A stretch of 63,767 bases of DNA, filler included, from Octopus bimaculoides (GCF_001194135.2; 4 parts of 4 records of this genome joined end to end with filler, not necessarily neighbours in it); one strand, 5' to 3'. Positions 48,720-62,190 are shown, counted from the whole stretch's first letter. The notes: generated from the letters alone by a model not told the origin. Numbers and translations are program-made.

Positions 48720-49344
48720 GTAAGTATACAACATTTACTCAATTTATGCACAGATGCATGCATATGCACCCCAGCCGAACATATTTCAAAACTTCATTTC
48801 ACTTTTGCAGCTGTTTCAATCATCATCATCATTTAACAACCACTTTTCCATGTATGCATGGGTCACATTGGGGCATGATGCAGTACTGAGCCATTCAAAC
48901 TCTGCCAGCAAGGAACATGAACTTTGAATAATGATTATTCATGATGTCGATGATGTACCTATCTAGCTACCTACCCATCCATCCATCCATCACTCTGTAT
49001 GTCTGTCTCTCTCTTTGAGTGTGTCTGTCTAAAATTATATACATATTATATTCTACATGTATATATTTTGTATGTGTGTTGTGTATAAAATTTGCATAAA
49101 ACATTATGTGTGTGTGTGTGTGTGCATATGGATAGAATTTTCCATTTCAAATGAAAGTTGAGAAATCTTATACCCTGGGAGTAACTTATAACCTGTTTCT
49201 TAGGTTTAGTTTCAAGGAAAATCTGAGATTCCAAGAATTCCCTGCTGCTGCCGCCATCCAAATTCTGTTTTATTTCTTTTACACCTATTTCTTCCTCTAA
49301 TTTAATCTCCATCTGTCTATGATCTGTCTTTTATTCTATTCTAG

Positions 49345-49410
49345 CTCTACCGCCTGGAACAGTATGATGAATGCTACACTCTCTATAAACAGTTGATCAA
49401 GAATTCAGAG
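49345..49410 (+). CDS. SRP72: SRP72 coding exon 4 (last exon found; gene incomplete)
   Basis: Acceptor ctattctag|, donor GAG|gtaggt, 66 nt. LYRLEQYDECYTLYKQLIKNSE resembles human LYRLERYDECLAVYRDLVRNSQ. Confidence 0.97.
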
Positions 49411-49456
49411 GTAGGTAAATATATATATGTATATATATACATATATATATTTAAAA

Positions 49457-49817
49457 TACAGAGATGCCTATAATAGGGCATCTAACCCACTAGAAAGAGC
49501 AGCAAAAAACTCTATACCACAAAATTAGGGATAATTTCGAAAGGGAATGAAAAATAAAAACATTTACCAATCTATTTTCCGTACCATGGTTTCAAGCTAT
49601 TTTAGCAAAATAAAATATTTTGCCAGGTCAGCTATCTTCAGCGGAATACCTAGAGTTTTTTGCTGCTCTTTCTAGCGGGTTAGATGTCCTATTATAGGCA
49701 TCTCTGTATTTTAAATGAATAATATATAATCTATTGACTAATTTTTTCTTCTCGCTAGACCACTGGTGGTAAATAAAATTTCTAAAATTTTTTTTGCTGC
49801 CCTATGATTTATATATA
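49457..49817. mobile_element. Foldback element with 58-bp inverted repeats plus an asymmetric ~110-bp tail (copy 1)
   Basis: IR TACAGAGATGCCTATAATAGG..AAAAAACTCTA at 49457-49514 and 49651-49708 (2 mismatches). The tail is shared with the copy at 61884. Confidence 0.7.
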
Positions 49818-49917
49818 NNNNNNNNNNNNNNNNNNNNNNNNNNNNNNNNNNNNNNNNNNNNTTAATTAATTAANNNNNNNNNNNNNNNNNNNNNNNNNNN
49901 NNNNNNNNNNNNNNNNN
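49818..49917. other. Artificial scaffold spacer 44N-TTAATTAATTAA-44N (downstream of the last SRP72 exon)
   Basis: Same 100-bp structure, 408 bp after SRP72 exon 4. Confidence 0.9.
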
Positions 49918-49966
<49 letters not shown>

Positions 49967-49974
49967 CATACATA

Positions 49975-50590
49975 CGTTCGTCTAAATTACAGTAAAATGA
50001 AAATAACACTGGCATCTCATTTTAACAAATATATTTACTAAAATTACACAAAACTATATTGCAATACTAGATATTTATATATTTGATTCAATAAAATCGC
50101 CATTGGCTTCAACGACGGTCTCCAGACGAACTCCTTAACGCCTGAAACCCTTCTGGCGTGTCTCTTTGCCATCATCGTTGGTGTTACAAGAAATTTCATT
50201 TGTCTCTCGCTCACCTGCACCCCACACATAATAATCAAACTCTGGGAAGCTTGGTGGCCAGATGTTAGGGTTGATGTGGTTGCAGAAATTATCTGACAGC
50301 CATGACTAGGTCCACTTGCTTGAGTGACATGCTGCAAATTCAAGACATGGCCTTTCCTGTAGCCACGCTCTTGACCCAATACATCGTCCAGGCAGTTCAT
50401 GTAGGCCTCCGTGTTGATTCTGATGCCGTGCGGGAACAGAACTGGGGGCATAACGTGACCATCACTAATGATCACTCCAAACAACATGACGTTGACTGGA
50501 TGTTTGATTTTTATCACACCGTCTGCTGTCATTTGTTCGCACGCTACAGAACTAGTCCGGAATAATTTGATATCATACCGTGTTTTTTTA
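49975..50590 (-). mobile_element. Second DD37D/maT fossil (3' half)
   Basis: VIKIKHPVNVMLFGVIISDGHVMPP..NTEAYMNCL; nucleotide similarity to 4030-4620, including the terminal AAAATGAAAATAA..CATCTCATTTTAAC. Confidence 0.8.
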
Positions 50591-50693
50591 TATATANNNN
50601 NNNNNNNNNNNNNNNNNNNNNNNNNNNNNNNNNNNNNNNNNNNNNNNNNNNNNNNNNNNNNNNNNNNNNNNNNNNNNNNNNNNNNNNNNNNNN

Positions 50694-50765
<72 letters not shown>

Positions 50766-51959
50766 GAGAGAGATAGATAGATAGATAAATAGATAGGTAT
50801 ACGTTTCCAAAATATATACACATGTGTGTGCATGTGTTTGCTTGTTTGCGCGCGCGTGTGTGTATGCGTGCGTGCGTGCGTGCGTGCGTGTGTGTGTGTG
50901 TGTGTATACAAAACTGTCAATCAGAATATAAGAATATTAATGCTTTAGAATCAATAATATCTTTCAGCAATGCAATTTTTTATATGTTGCAAAAATGAAA
51001 ACGTTGAGTTTGTCTCTTTTTCACAGACATCGCTGAGTATTAGATTGGTATTCTCAAAATAAATTCGTCAGCATTTAGCAAAGTGAAGTTTGTATTTGTG
51101 CAAATATAACTTCAGTATTTTTTTTATCCCTCTTTTTTTTCCACGATTTACTATTACATATATATTTTTTCCGAATGCGGCAGTATTTTGTTTATGCTAA
51201 GATATATTTGCATACAAAAATACAAATATAATGTAATCTATCAAGAATTTTCGTTCTATTTTTTTGCTGAGAGTTTTCATAAGACACCTTGTATTTTTAC
51301 GTTTTATTAAAGTGAATCTGTTGCAAAAATTTGCTCCAATAGTAACTTATCCATTTACTCATTCTCAGCATAAACTGAATTTTGAAAAGTACTGCTGCAT
51401 ATGTGGGTATTCAAAGCAACAACACTTGGGAGTGTTCATTAATATCGCTTTGTAATAGGGATAGGATGTCAAAGGATATATGAATACCATTAGCAGTAAT
51501 TATTTATATTTCACTTATGCTTCCCTTGTGATTTTACAACCACTCTGGTCTATTTTATGATTTACATGTAATATTGTATATTTTCAGGTGGGATGATATC
51601 CTATTCCACTATCTTGTAGGGGTCTTCCCTATTCTTGTTATGTTCTATATCTTGCGATTTATATCAGTTATGAAAATGTTCGCTTTATTTCCCATTCTTT
51701 TACTTGTCTTGGTTTTATAATTTTCCCTTATTTTATCAATTGCATTGTTCACTTTGGCAAAATTTTATCTACGTATTAGTTTGACTTCCTAGTAATTAAA
51801 ATAAATATGGTGCTTGTATTATTTTTCATCACGCTGACAAATACTCACGCAAGCGTACAGTGTGTTACAAAATAGTATTTCCGTTGCAACGTACTTTTAA
51901 TGAACGAAGCAAGTAATATGCATACACACATGATGGCCGCCTACTTGTGACCGAGGAAG

Positions 51960-52840
51960 ACTATTGATGACCTTTAGGAACATTGTGAGCTATAGGACTA
52001 GCTTACATTTTGCATTTGCGGCTTCGTTGGTGGCTAATGAGCCCTGCTCTTGACAAGCGTATACGACTGCAAACTTCGCAAATCAAGCTTTTCCCGTTGA
52101 CTACACCAGCAGTGCACTTTCGAGCGGCACGCATATATTCTCCATACAGAACGCGTGCTATCCCGAAGGCGTCGACCCCCTTTTTTCACCTACTTCCTCA
52201 ATCTATAGCGATGACAGTCATTGCTCTCCCGGGACATTTCACAGTCCTTAAATCGTAGACTTGGTTTCTGCCGGGGTCACTTTCCACTAACAAGTTTCCC
52301 ATATAGCATCTGTTTAGGAATCCTGCTATCCTTCATTCTCGTAAGGTATCCAGTCCAACGTAACCGGTGCTTATGCACCATCGTCTCAATACGCAAGATG
52401 TCAGCTTACCTCAGGACCTGTGTGTCTGGAGTTTTTTAAGTCCAGCCAACAATCAGAATGTATCTGAGACATCTCTGATGAAAGTGGTCAAGGACCCTTA
52501 CATGACGTTTGTAAAGGATCCATGTCTCATATGAGTAAAGGAACGATGTCAGTACACATGAACGGTACACAGTAATTTCTGTTTGTCTTGTGATGCCATG
52601 CTGGGACCAGGCACGAGACGGAAGAGACCGGCAGCCTGAAATATATTTCATTATCCAGGGAGCAAAATCGGCCGAGTGTGCTGTCCAGGTAGACAAACTT
52701 GTCTACAACTTTCAGTATTGTGCCTTCGACCAAGATAGCTGGTTCCACATATGGATTTCCTCGTGCAGGCTGGAACATTGCAACAGTCTTATCAAGGCTA
52801 ATGCTGCGTCCATAACCTTGCAAGAAGCAGAAATATAATT
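51960..52840 (-). mobile_element. RTE-clade LINE 3' fragment (RT C-terminus and terminal C2H2-like finger)
   Basis: KTVAMFQPARGNPYVEP..VDKFVYL..LTSFLYSYETWILYKRH..LDHFHQRCLRYIL..HRLRWTGYLTRMKDSRIPKQMLYG..ICEVCSRIRLSRAGLISHQRS, with frameshifts. Confidence 0.85.
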
Positions 52841-53464
52841 TATAAGTATTTGCATGTCAGCCACTGTATGACTGACTAAGTCACAGTCATCTGCATAAAG
52901 GAGGTCACGAAAAATAGACTGAAAAACTTTTAAACTCGCAGCAAATCAGCTCGAATTAAAGAGGCGGCCAGGAGGTATATACCTGACATATATTCTCAAA
53001 GTACTACCCTGTGTACGTACATATGTATGTATGTACACAGACATATATACATACATACATACATACATACATACATACGTACATACATACATGTATGCAC
53101 CAGAAGTTTATCAGGATCTTGTTCAAAACGGGGGCACCAGTATTTTCTTAACGAAACACTTTGAAACTTGGGACACTGGTAGAATGTGTCATATAAAACA
53201 TCTTTTTCTCTTAGTCTTCTTAACAAAAAAAACGTACATCGCAAGTTATTTCATGTTAAAGTTGTCGTATTTCTCTAATTTCAACCAATGACTGACGTCC
53301 ATTCAGCCGTGAAAATTAAGTGCTGACTACGTAAACAAACGATTCGCGGCGGTGATAAAATTATTATTTCCTTGTCAAAAAATGGCTGAAGCATATTGGC
53401 AGTAGCTAATAAACCTTTCTATTAAAGGCACAAGACATGGTTTTTGAGGGAAGGAGCAAGTCAG

Positions 53465-53494
53465 TTAGGGTTAGGGTTAGGGTTAGGGTTAGGG
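53465..53494 (+). repeat. Interstitial telomeric repeat (TTAGGG)5
   Basis: Five perfect TTAGGG units. Confidence 0.9.
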
Positions 53495-55489
53495 AAAACG
53501 AACACACGCGTGTTGCCTCTGCAAAATGTCAGAAGTAATGGAGATTAAATACGCTTTACACCGCTTAGGAGTAACTGTAAACAGCTGAATACTTGTCAGT
53601 GATTGGTTGAAATTATCGAAATAAGACAATTTTTTACATGAAATAAANNNNNNNNNNNNNNNNNNNNNNNNNNNNNNNNNNNNNNNNNNNNNNNNNNNNN
53701 NNNNNNNNNNNNNNNNNNNNNNNNNNNNNNNNNNNNNNNNNNNNNNNNNNNNNNNNNNNNNNNNNNNNNNNNNNNNNNNNNNNNNNNNNNNNNNNNNNNN
53801 NNNNNNNNNNNNNNNNNNNNNNNNNNNNNNNNNNNNNNNNNNNNNNNNNNNNNNNNNATATATATATATATAATGTATTTATGTATGTATGTATGCATGC
53901 ATATATACGCCTATCATGTAATTCAGTGACCAAGAAACACATCCTTTATACATTATTTTGCCCTGCATATCTGAGATCTTCATTCATTGTTAACTATGTC
54001 GTCTGGAGGATGAAGTTGGATACCGACATCATCCCGATGAGCCCATTTGATCTCGAGTTTATGTTGCTGTATGTCACGAAATTTGAGAAAAAGTGTTTGA
54101 AGGATGTCCTATTCTTAACATGAACACAATGTATCTACCATGTTTATGCAGGACATATTTATTGGAATAACTCACAAGCTGATAAATAAAAACGATCTTT
54201 AAATTAATTAATTATTTAAGTTTACAATGCCGCATAGATTCGTACCACAGCACTGCTCCAATCGGAGAAATAATTTTAGGAATGAGATGCAACACTAATT
54301 ATACCACAGTTGCGTACATACAGGTGGAAGAATAATTATATATGATTGGAAGTAGTGAGTGTACATTTATATACAAAATATTTGTAGTCAAATTATCTGT
54401 AACATGAACATTTATATTATCGTTCAATAAAAATTGTTTCAATAAGCAAATCCTGTGAGTAAACCAAACATTAATTCATACTCGATTAAATGTGGGGATT
54501 AAAGCAAAGAAAGTATCATTCACGCATACACAATATATATAGCATCCACAAAAATATAGAAGGCAAATACCTTATATATTATACTGCATAAACAAATAAA
54601 CTCTAGTTTAAAGAAAGGTTTCATATTTGATACCGTCTTTTTAAACTAGAGTTGATAATACTTGATAATACGGCTATTTAAGTTGAATGCTATTTAACTC
54701 TCATTGGATGGATTACCATTTTTGCTGACGTTACATTTACACACACGAAGAAACGCTTACACACACACACACATACACACAAACACACACACAAAGACAC
54801 ACAGGCAGAGAGAGGGAGAGAAAGAATTTTATTTAAGCGCAAGTTGTGACAAAAGGTTTATTAATAATAAAATATCAGTTGAAAATCAGACGTCAGAAGC
54901 AGTATCAACGAACTGAATTACGAAATTTAACAAAAGTTAGAAGTTAAAGAATTCTCTATGAGGCGCTAATGTGTGTTTTTTTATATTATGTCTTTAATCT
55001 CAGCTTGTGTGTCTATCTGTAAAATAAGGAGGAACATAACAACTATCAAGTCATTCAAACACTGAGACCTAAACATCAGTATCCAGACTCACTTTTTAAA
55101 GCAACCAACATCACTTTTTAAAGAGTTGTTGTAATGAAGGACGTTACCTCATGGACATGCGAATATACGCTACCGCTTGCAGTACACTTATGTCAATAGA
55201 AATGCATTCACATCTCAGGAAGAGTGGTTCTCCGTCAGAAGACTGAACACTAGCTTGGTGCATAAGAAATTGCACACCAGAATATTCTCCACTGGTCGAT
55301 TTTCTGGTAAGAACTGGTATTTGATTCCAACTGAAGATGTCCTACGCCTTGCGCGTTGGCCTTTACCAGTGTTGTAATATTCAAGCGAATACACACAAAC
55401 ACAGATACAGACACACACAAACATATATATGAATATACAAACACAATATATATGTATATATAAAAATACATGCATGTAAATACACGCAT

Positions 55490-55555
<66 letters not shown>

Positions 55556-56380
55556 AAAAATACAGAAAGGCCATTTTTTCCGTTGAGGACTTATATGCGC
55601 CGATATTAGACTACTTTATAAGCCTTAAGCTTATAAAGTACCATTATTATCTACAGAACATATATGTGTGTGTGTACACTTTATATATACACATATATAA
55701 TCATAAAGGCATGCATACAAACACATGCAAATGTATGTATGCGTCATTTATATACATCTATACACGAAATTTGCAACATATAACAATGAAACCTGACACT
55801 CATGTAGAAATCGTATTTTATTACGTTTGTATATAATGCTACATATTACTTGCATTTATATATTAGCTGCCCCGAGAGAAAATATATAGCACCGTAGAGC
55901 ATGAAATTAGTTCAATTTAATATTTGATAGTGCTATAAATTTTACTATATCGCAATGAAATGAACTAAACACTGCAGCAATCTATATAATTTGAAACGCC
56001 TTCTAAAATTGTGTTGTAATAAAATCAATCTTATATGAAAAGAGTACAAAAAAAATAATGGTTGTACCGCTGTAAATAGGAGAATTACCGAACTGAACGA
56101 CAGGAAATTAAAGAACTGAAGCCAACACTAACTGAACTATTTACATACGAATAAGTAGAAGAAACTGCTGTGGTGTAGTGTTCTCTTTTACTTGTTTCAG
56201 TCATTTGACTGCGGCCATGCTGGAGCAGCACCTTTAGTCGAGCAAATCGACCCCATGACTTATTCTTTGGAAGCCTAGTACTTATTCTATCAATCCATTT
56301 TGCCGAACCGCTAATTTACGGTGACTTAAACACACCACCATCGGTTGTCAAGCGATGTTGGGTGGACAAACATAGACACA

Positions 56381-56472
<92 letters not shown>

Positions 56473-57752
56473 CATATATACGACGGGCTTCTTTCAGTTT
56501 CCATCTACCAAATCTACTCACAAGGCTTTGGTCGACCCGAGGCTATAGTAGAAGACACTTGCGCAAGGTGCCACGCACTCGGAACTCGGGAATGAACTCG
56601 GAACCACACAGCAAACTACTTACCACACAGCCACTCCTCACAATTCGAGTACTTTCTCTTGGAGATCACAATATATTTATTTTCGATTGTATGTAGTTTG
56701 CTTTTACGATTTCTAATATCTACACATATACCTGATATTATTGAACTAGTCAAAATTTTAGCTGTTGTAGCTTTTTTCATCAAGGTAAAAATTGAGAGCT
56801 ATCAAGCTAGAACCATTAGCAATCAGTAAAAAGTCCACACCAAATTATAAACTCACCTCATAGTTTCACTTTCAACATAATACATATCTTCAACATAATA
56901 CATATGGTTTAATTTATTATATTGATAGTTTAGGCGTTGAGTAGGCAGTATCTTCAGAACCCTCGCAACCAAATGCTAAACAGCATTTTGTCAGACTGCA
57001 ACTTCTCAGTTCAAATTACGGTGAGGTCGACTTTGCCTTTCTACATTTCGGCGGCAAAAATATAAGCACGTGTTCGGAGTCGATGTAATCCACTACCCTT
57101 CCCGACAAAAGTTCAGGCGCTCTGTTTATTGTAGTATGTTTATAGTATATTGAATGTTATATTTTTTGAAAATACACAGATGCGTAAATAAGGCAAAATG
57201 GATTGTATAGTTCTTAGAAGTTTTTCTATTGTAATAATTTAGAAAAAATATTTTTTCTTCGATATTAACGATGATACAGCAGTTGTTCAATATACACATG
57301 TGTTTTAAAATTAGTATATAAATGCTTGTCTATTACACAAAGCGTGCGCCCTCAACATAAATCGTCCGGCAGAATCAGCGTGTCACAATGCGCAACAAGG
57401 CTGTACATTTCAGTAGCAGGTGCGATACATCTTGCACGCTTCTGCATAGCTTCTTGACACCCACTGTCATTCCAATGCTTGGATCGCTCCCAATATCATG
57501 GTAAAAGATACTATCAATATGTCAGGGAGTGGAATCAAAACTGTGGCCTGCGTGCTGCGAAACATAATTCCTAACCATACGACCACAGTGAGTAGATATA
57601 TCATTGTATTAAATAGAGTCGACAAAGCGTCGGTAAGAGTGTACCACGTTATCTGTTCTGTCATTTGGCGTTCAAATTCCGTCGTGATCATTTTTATAAT
57701 TCATTTTTATCATGTAAATGAATAAATGGTAACTCTCAGCTGTGAATTGCAG

Positions 57753-57903
57753 GAAACAAAAGAGCATCAAATCGGATGATCAGTGGTAGCTGTTTCGGCT
57801 CTGTGCGTAGTTGCACTGAACTCTACAGGGTAGTAACCTTCAGCATCATCCAGATTAACATTACTAACTGACATCATGGCTGACTTTCGTGGACTTCACT
57901 GTT
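57753..57903 (+). other. Candidate first coding exon of an unidentified gene (MADFRGLHC..)
   Basis: Acceptor ttgcag|, good-context catcATGG at 57876, donor T|gtaagt; possible upstream UTR-exon donor CAG|gtgcga at 57419. No homology recognised. Confidence 0.3.
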
Positions 57904-58464
57904 GTAAGTATTCAGGCCATGTTCCCTACTCAAGAACACATTCCTCCCTCCCTTACACCAATAAAATGATTATGTCTTCATTCATAACAAAACAAAATTA
58001 ATGGTTCTGAATAGGATAATTAGAGCTTATTCGAATTTCCTCACAGTCAGTATTGGGTATTCTAACAAAACATCTACGTTGGTTGCACATAAAGTTTGCA
58101 TTTACGTATAAGTACGTCTTCCGTCACTAATGATTAATATTTAATAAGCCTACTGGCTGTCTGCTACATCATCGTCTGAAAAGGTGCTGATGAAGTATAT
58201 ATCGTAGCGGGGAGATTTGACTGGCATGCGTGACCGTACGCCACCCATTGATTATTCTCAGTAGAATCAGATCACGAGAAATGGAAGGCCGTGGGGTTTT
58301 GACAGACGATTTTCGTTTACTAGAACCTATGTTAATGATGTTATGCATCAAGTGCCTAAATGAAAGGATCTCTAAAGGCTAATAGCGCAGTATTCAGTGT
58401 TCTTAAAAAACAAACATATCTATCTATCTATCTTTCTCTCTGTCTGTCTCTGTCTCTCTCTGTA

Positions 58465-58501
<37 letters not shown>

Positions 58502-58506
58502 ATCTT

Positions 58507-58538
<32 letters not shown>

Positions 58539-58548
58539 NNNNNNNNNN

Positions 58549-58580
<32 letters not shown>

Positions 58581-58582
58581 AC

Positions 58583-58635
<53 letters not shown>

Positions 58636-59127
58636 GCTATATATAAAAATATTTATCTCATAATATATATGCATGACATTTTTTCACAATACAAGTTGAT
58701 ATACTAAATGCAACGTACATTATATTCAATAGGAAACTATGAATTTTTAATATCTAAATTTGAAACGTAAGGTTGCAAACATACCACCGTTCTAAAACTA
58801 ATTTTCTTTACTATAGAGATTCTAAATCTTCAGGCATTACTTATTCAACAACACCAACGATACAGCAATATCTTCTAATGATAAAAATAAGTAGCGTTAC
58901 TAATTATATGAGGTATATATGCTATAAATGCCATGATTAAAATGGAAACAATCGTGTATATTTATATTTTTGAAAAAGGCTTTATTATTTCAAAATATCA
59001 TGACCTTTCTGTTATCTCTGTAACCCATTTACAATGAGATCTATGCAAAAATAACATATTGAATATTGAGTGTCAAAAGGCTCTTCTACTTAAGTTGTCA
59101 AGTAATAGATGGATGTCTATGTATGAC

Positions 59128-59217
<90 letters not shown>

Positions 59218-59623
59218 ACACGCACACACACACACACTCACACAGACACGCACACACCCACACACAGATACACATACACACATACAAACACGCGTGTGCT
59301 CTCACACAAAGGTGCACATGCACGCCCATGAATACATACCCATATATACATACATATACTTATACAGGTACACAAACACAGATAAAGACACACACATAAA
59401 CACACACACATATATGTATATACATATATGTGTATGTATGTGTATATGATAGTATATATGTAAATATATGTGTGTGAATGCATGTAGATGGGTCTGAAAT
59501 TTAAAACTATTGATTTATATTTACATATTTCATATGAACGCAATATTCATTACTCATATAAGGTCAAATGTTTTAAGAATAAATGCATCTAGAGACTACT
59601 GCTGCAACTGCTGCTACTACCAA

Positions 59624-59680
<57 letters not shown>

Positions 59681-61341
59681 AGTAATGTATACAATGTTAT
59701 TTGCATATAGTTATAGCGCTAGGTGAAGAATCTAAGTTATGTAAACAGACAATCATTCTGAAAATGTACTTTAATGGCAATATTTGTGAGAGTATGTTAT
59801 AATGAATTCTATGTGTTCCACTCACTTCTAGGGTAACACATCACATAACATACCCTTATGTTCTCTTAATTTATAATTCCATACCTGCAACATACAAATT
59901 CAATTTACACAGACAATTCGCTGCCACCCACATGAGCACACACCCATACTTATACATATACGCCACGCACGCTTAAACACGCGTATACATATCCATGCAC
60001 CCACCCACACACACTCACACGTACATATGCATTAGTATACATACATACATACATACATACCTGAATACAAAACAAAAATACAGATAGAGAAAACATCATT
60101 AACTTTAGAATTCACTATACAAAGCGAACGATCATCTTAGTTGTATCAATATATTGAGATACAGAAGACGGTGAGCTGGCAGAAACGTTAGCACACCGGG
60201 CGAAATGCTTGGCGGTATTGCGTCTATATTTACGTTCTGAGTTCAAATAATGCCGAGGTAAACTTTGCGTTTCATCCTTTCCGGGTCGATAAATTAAGTA
60301 CCAGTTACATACTGAAGCTGATCTAATCGACTAGCAACCTCACCCTATAATCTAGCGTCTTGTGCCTAGAGTAGAAAAATATATTTAGATATAGAAAATA
60401 TTCAAATTGATATATATCTACATCAAAATAATCATAATTAAATAAACGTCTTTAGCTTTAAATAGTATAGCTTTAACTATTACACCGGTTAAATATGTAC
60501 TAATTTTATCTTCATTATTATTTTAAACTTAAACTTCGTTCAACTTGTATTTAAAACAATGATAATTTAAAACAATGATAATTTAGGTAAGATGTTTTTT
60601 GTATATAATANNNNNNNNNNNNNNNNNNNNNNNNNNNNNNNNNNNNNNNNNNNNNNNNNNNNNNNNNNNNNNNNNNNNNNNNNNNNNNNNNNNNNNNNNN
60701 NNNNNNNNNNNNNNNNNNNNNNNNNNNNNNNNNNNNNNNNNNNNNNNNNNNNNNNNNNNNNNNNNNNNNNNNNNNNNNNNNNNNNNNNNNNNNNNNNNNN
60801 NNNNNNNNNNNNNNNNNNNNNNNNNNNNNNNNNNNNNNNNNNNNNNNNNNNNNNNNNNNNNNNNNNNNNNNNNNNNNNNNNNNNNNNNNNNNNNNNNNNN
60901 NNNNNNNNNNNTTCTTTTCTATTTGAAAATTGGTTATGAAACACGTGTAATCTTTTTATTATATTTATCTTATGATATTTACTTTACTTTATATTATACT
61001 CATTTATTGTGCTTTTAATATTAATTTTTCTATATGTGATAGTGGATTTTCATCGATGAGTTCTTGAAAATTGGTTATTTTCCCTAAAACTATATATATT
61101 TTATATATACTTCATCTATAAGGCTCAATTTAATTTTAATTTTTTATAAATTGATTTTAATTGAGTTTTTTACCTGTAATTTTGGATTTTGTCCCTAATA
61201 ATATTATTATATATATATATATGTATATATAGAACAGGAGTAAGCACATTAATGCGAAACAAGGTAGAAAAAAACTAGTACTCGAATACCAGAGGGAGAG
61301 TAATATGCTTTATTATTAAAGCTGCAAAAACGTTACAACAA

Positions 61342-61381
61342 AAAGTTATTCACAGTTTCACGTTCCCGTTCGTCGGACAGT
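61342..61381 (-). ncRNA. Degenerate copy of the first hammerhead-like family
   Basis: ACTGT-CCGACGA-ACG GGAA CGT-GAAA-CTGTGAA-TA-ACTT: perfect stem II but broken stems I and III. Confidence 0.4.
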
Positions 61382-61883
61382 TTTGGTTCAGAATGGAACA
61401 AAAATTTAATCTTATATTTGTGTATATGCAATTTACATTGACAGATACACATTTGAAACTGGTTTCGTTTTATTCGTCCTTTCAACTAACGGTCTTTTTA
61501 AGAATCGGTGATATACATAAAATTAAAATTATGATCTAAAAATCATGTTAGTTAAATCGAAGAAAACCTTAAATCAAAATTAAGTTTAGTTAGAAGGAAA
61601 AAACATATATACTCAAAGTAAATTAATTAGTAGAAAAATAAATTTAATTAAAAAATTACAAGCCTGTTTATAATAAAATATTCACTTACAGAAACAAATA
61701 CACGTACAAACGCATACAAAATCATTTACTTATACATACACTCACAAAAGAAATTTACATACATATATACACTAAACATGCAAACATTAATACATGCATG
61801 CATATATACAAAAATATACAAGTAAAATATAAATATGAATATATATGTTAATGTATGTATAGGTATCTACATACCTATATATA

Positions 61884-62190
61884 TACAGAGATGCCTATAA
61901 TAGGACATCTAACCCGCTAGAAAGAGCAGCAAAAAACTCTATACCACAAAAATAGGGATAATTTCGAAAGAGAATGAAAAATAAAAACTTTTACCAGTCT
62001 ATACTATAGAGTTTTTTGCTGCTCTTTCTAGCGGGTTAGATGTCCTATTATAGGCATCTGTGTATTTTAATGAATAATATATATATAGTCTACTGACTAA
62101 TTTTTATTCTCGCTGGACCACTGGCGGTAAATTAAATTTCTAAAATTTTTTTTGCTGCCCTATGGTTTATTAATTACCTATATATATACA
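61884..62190. mobile_element. Same foldback element (copy 2, internally deleted)
   Basis: Same IR (61884-62064), spacer about 70 bp shorter, same downstream tail ..CTCGCT(A/G)GACCACTGG..TTTTTTTGCTGCCCTATG, then a TA-rich run and a gap. Confidence 0.7.

Noticed and set aside
51000-51650. Good-looking plus-strand acceptors (about 51026 and 51587) as SRP72 exon 5
   Set aside because: In the required phase-0 frame neither encodes DDYDEE-like sequence; the first hits a stop within 12 codons.
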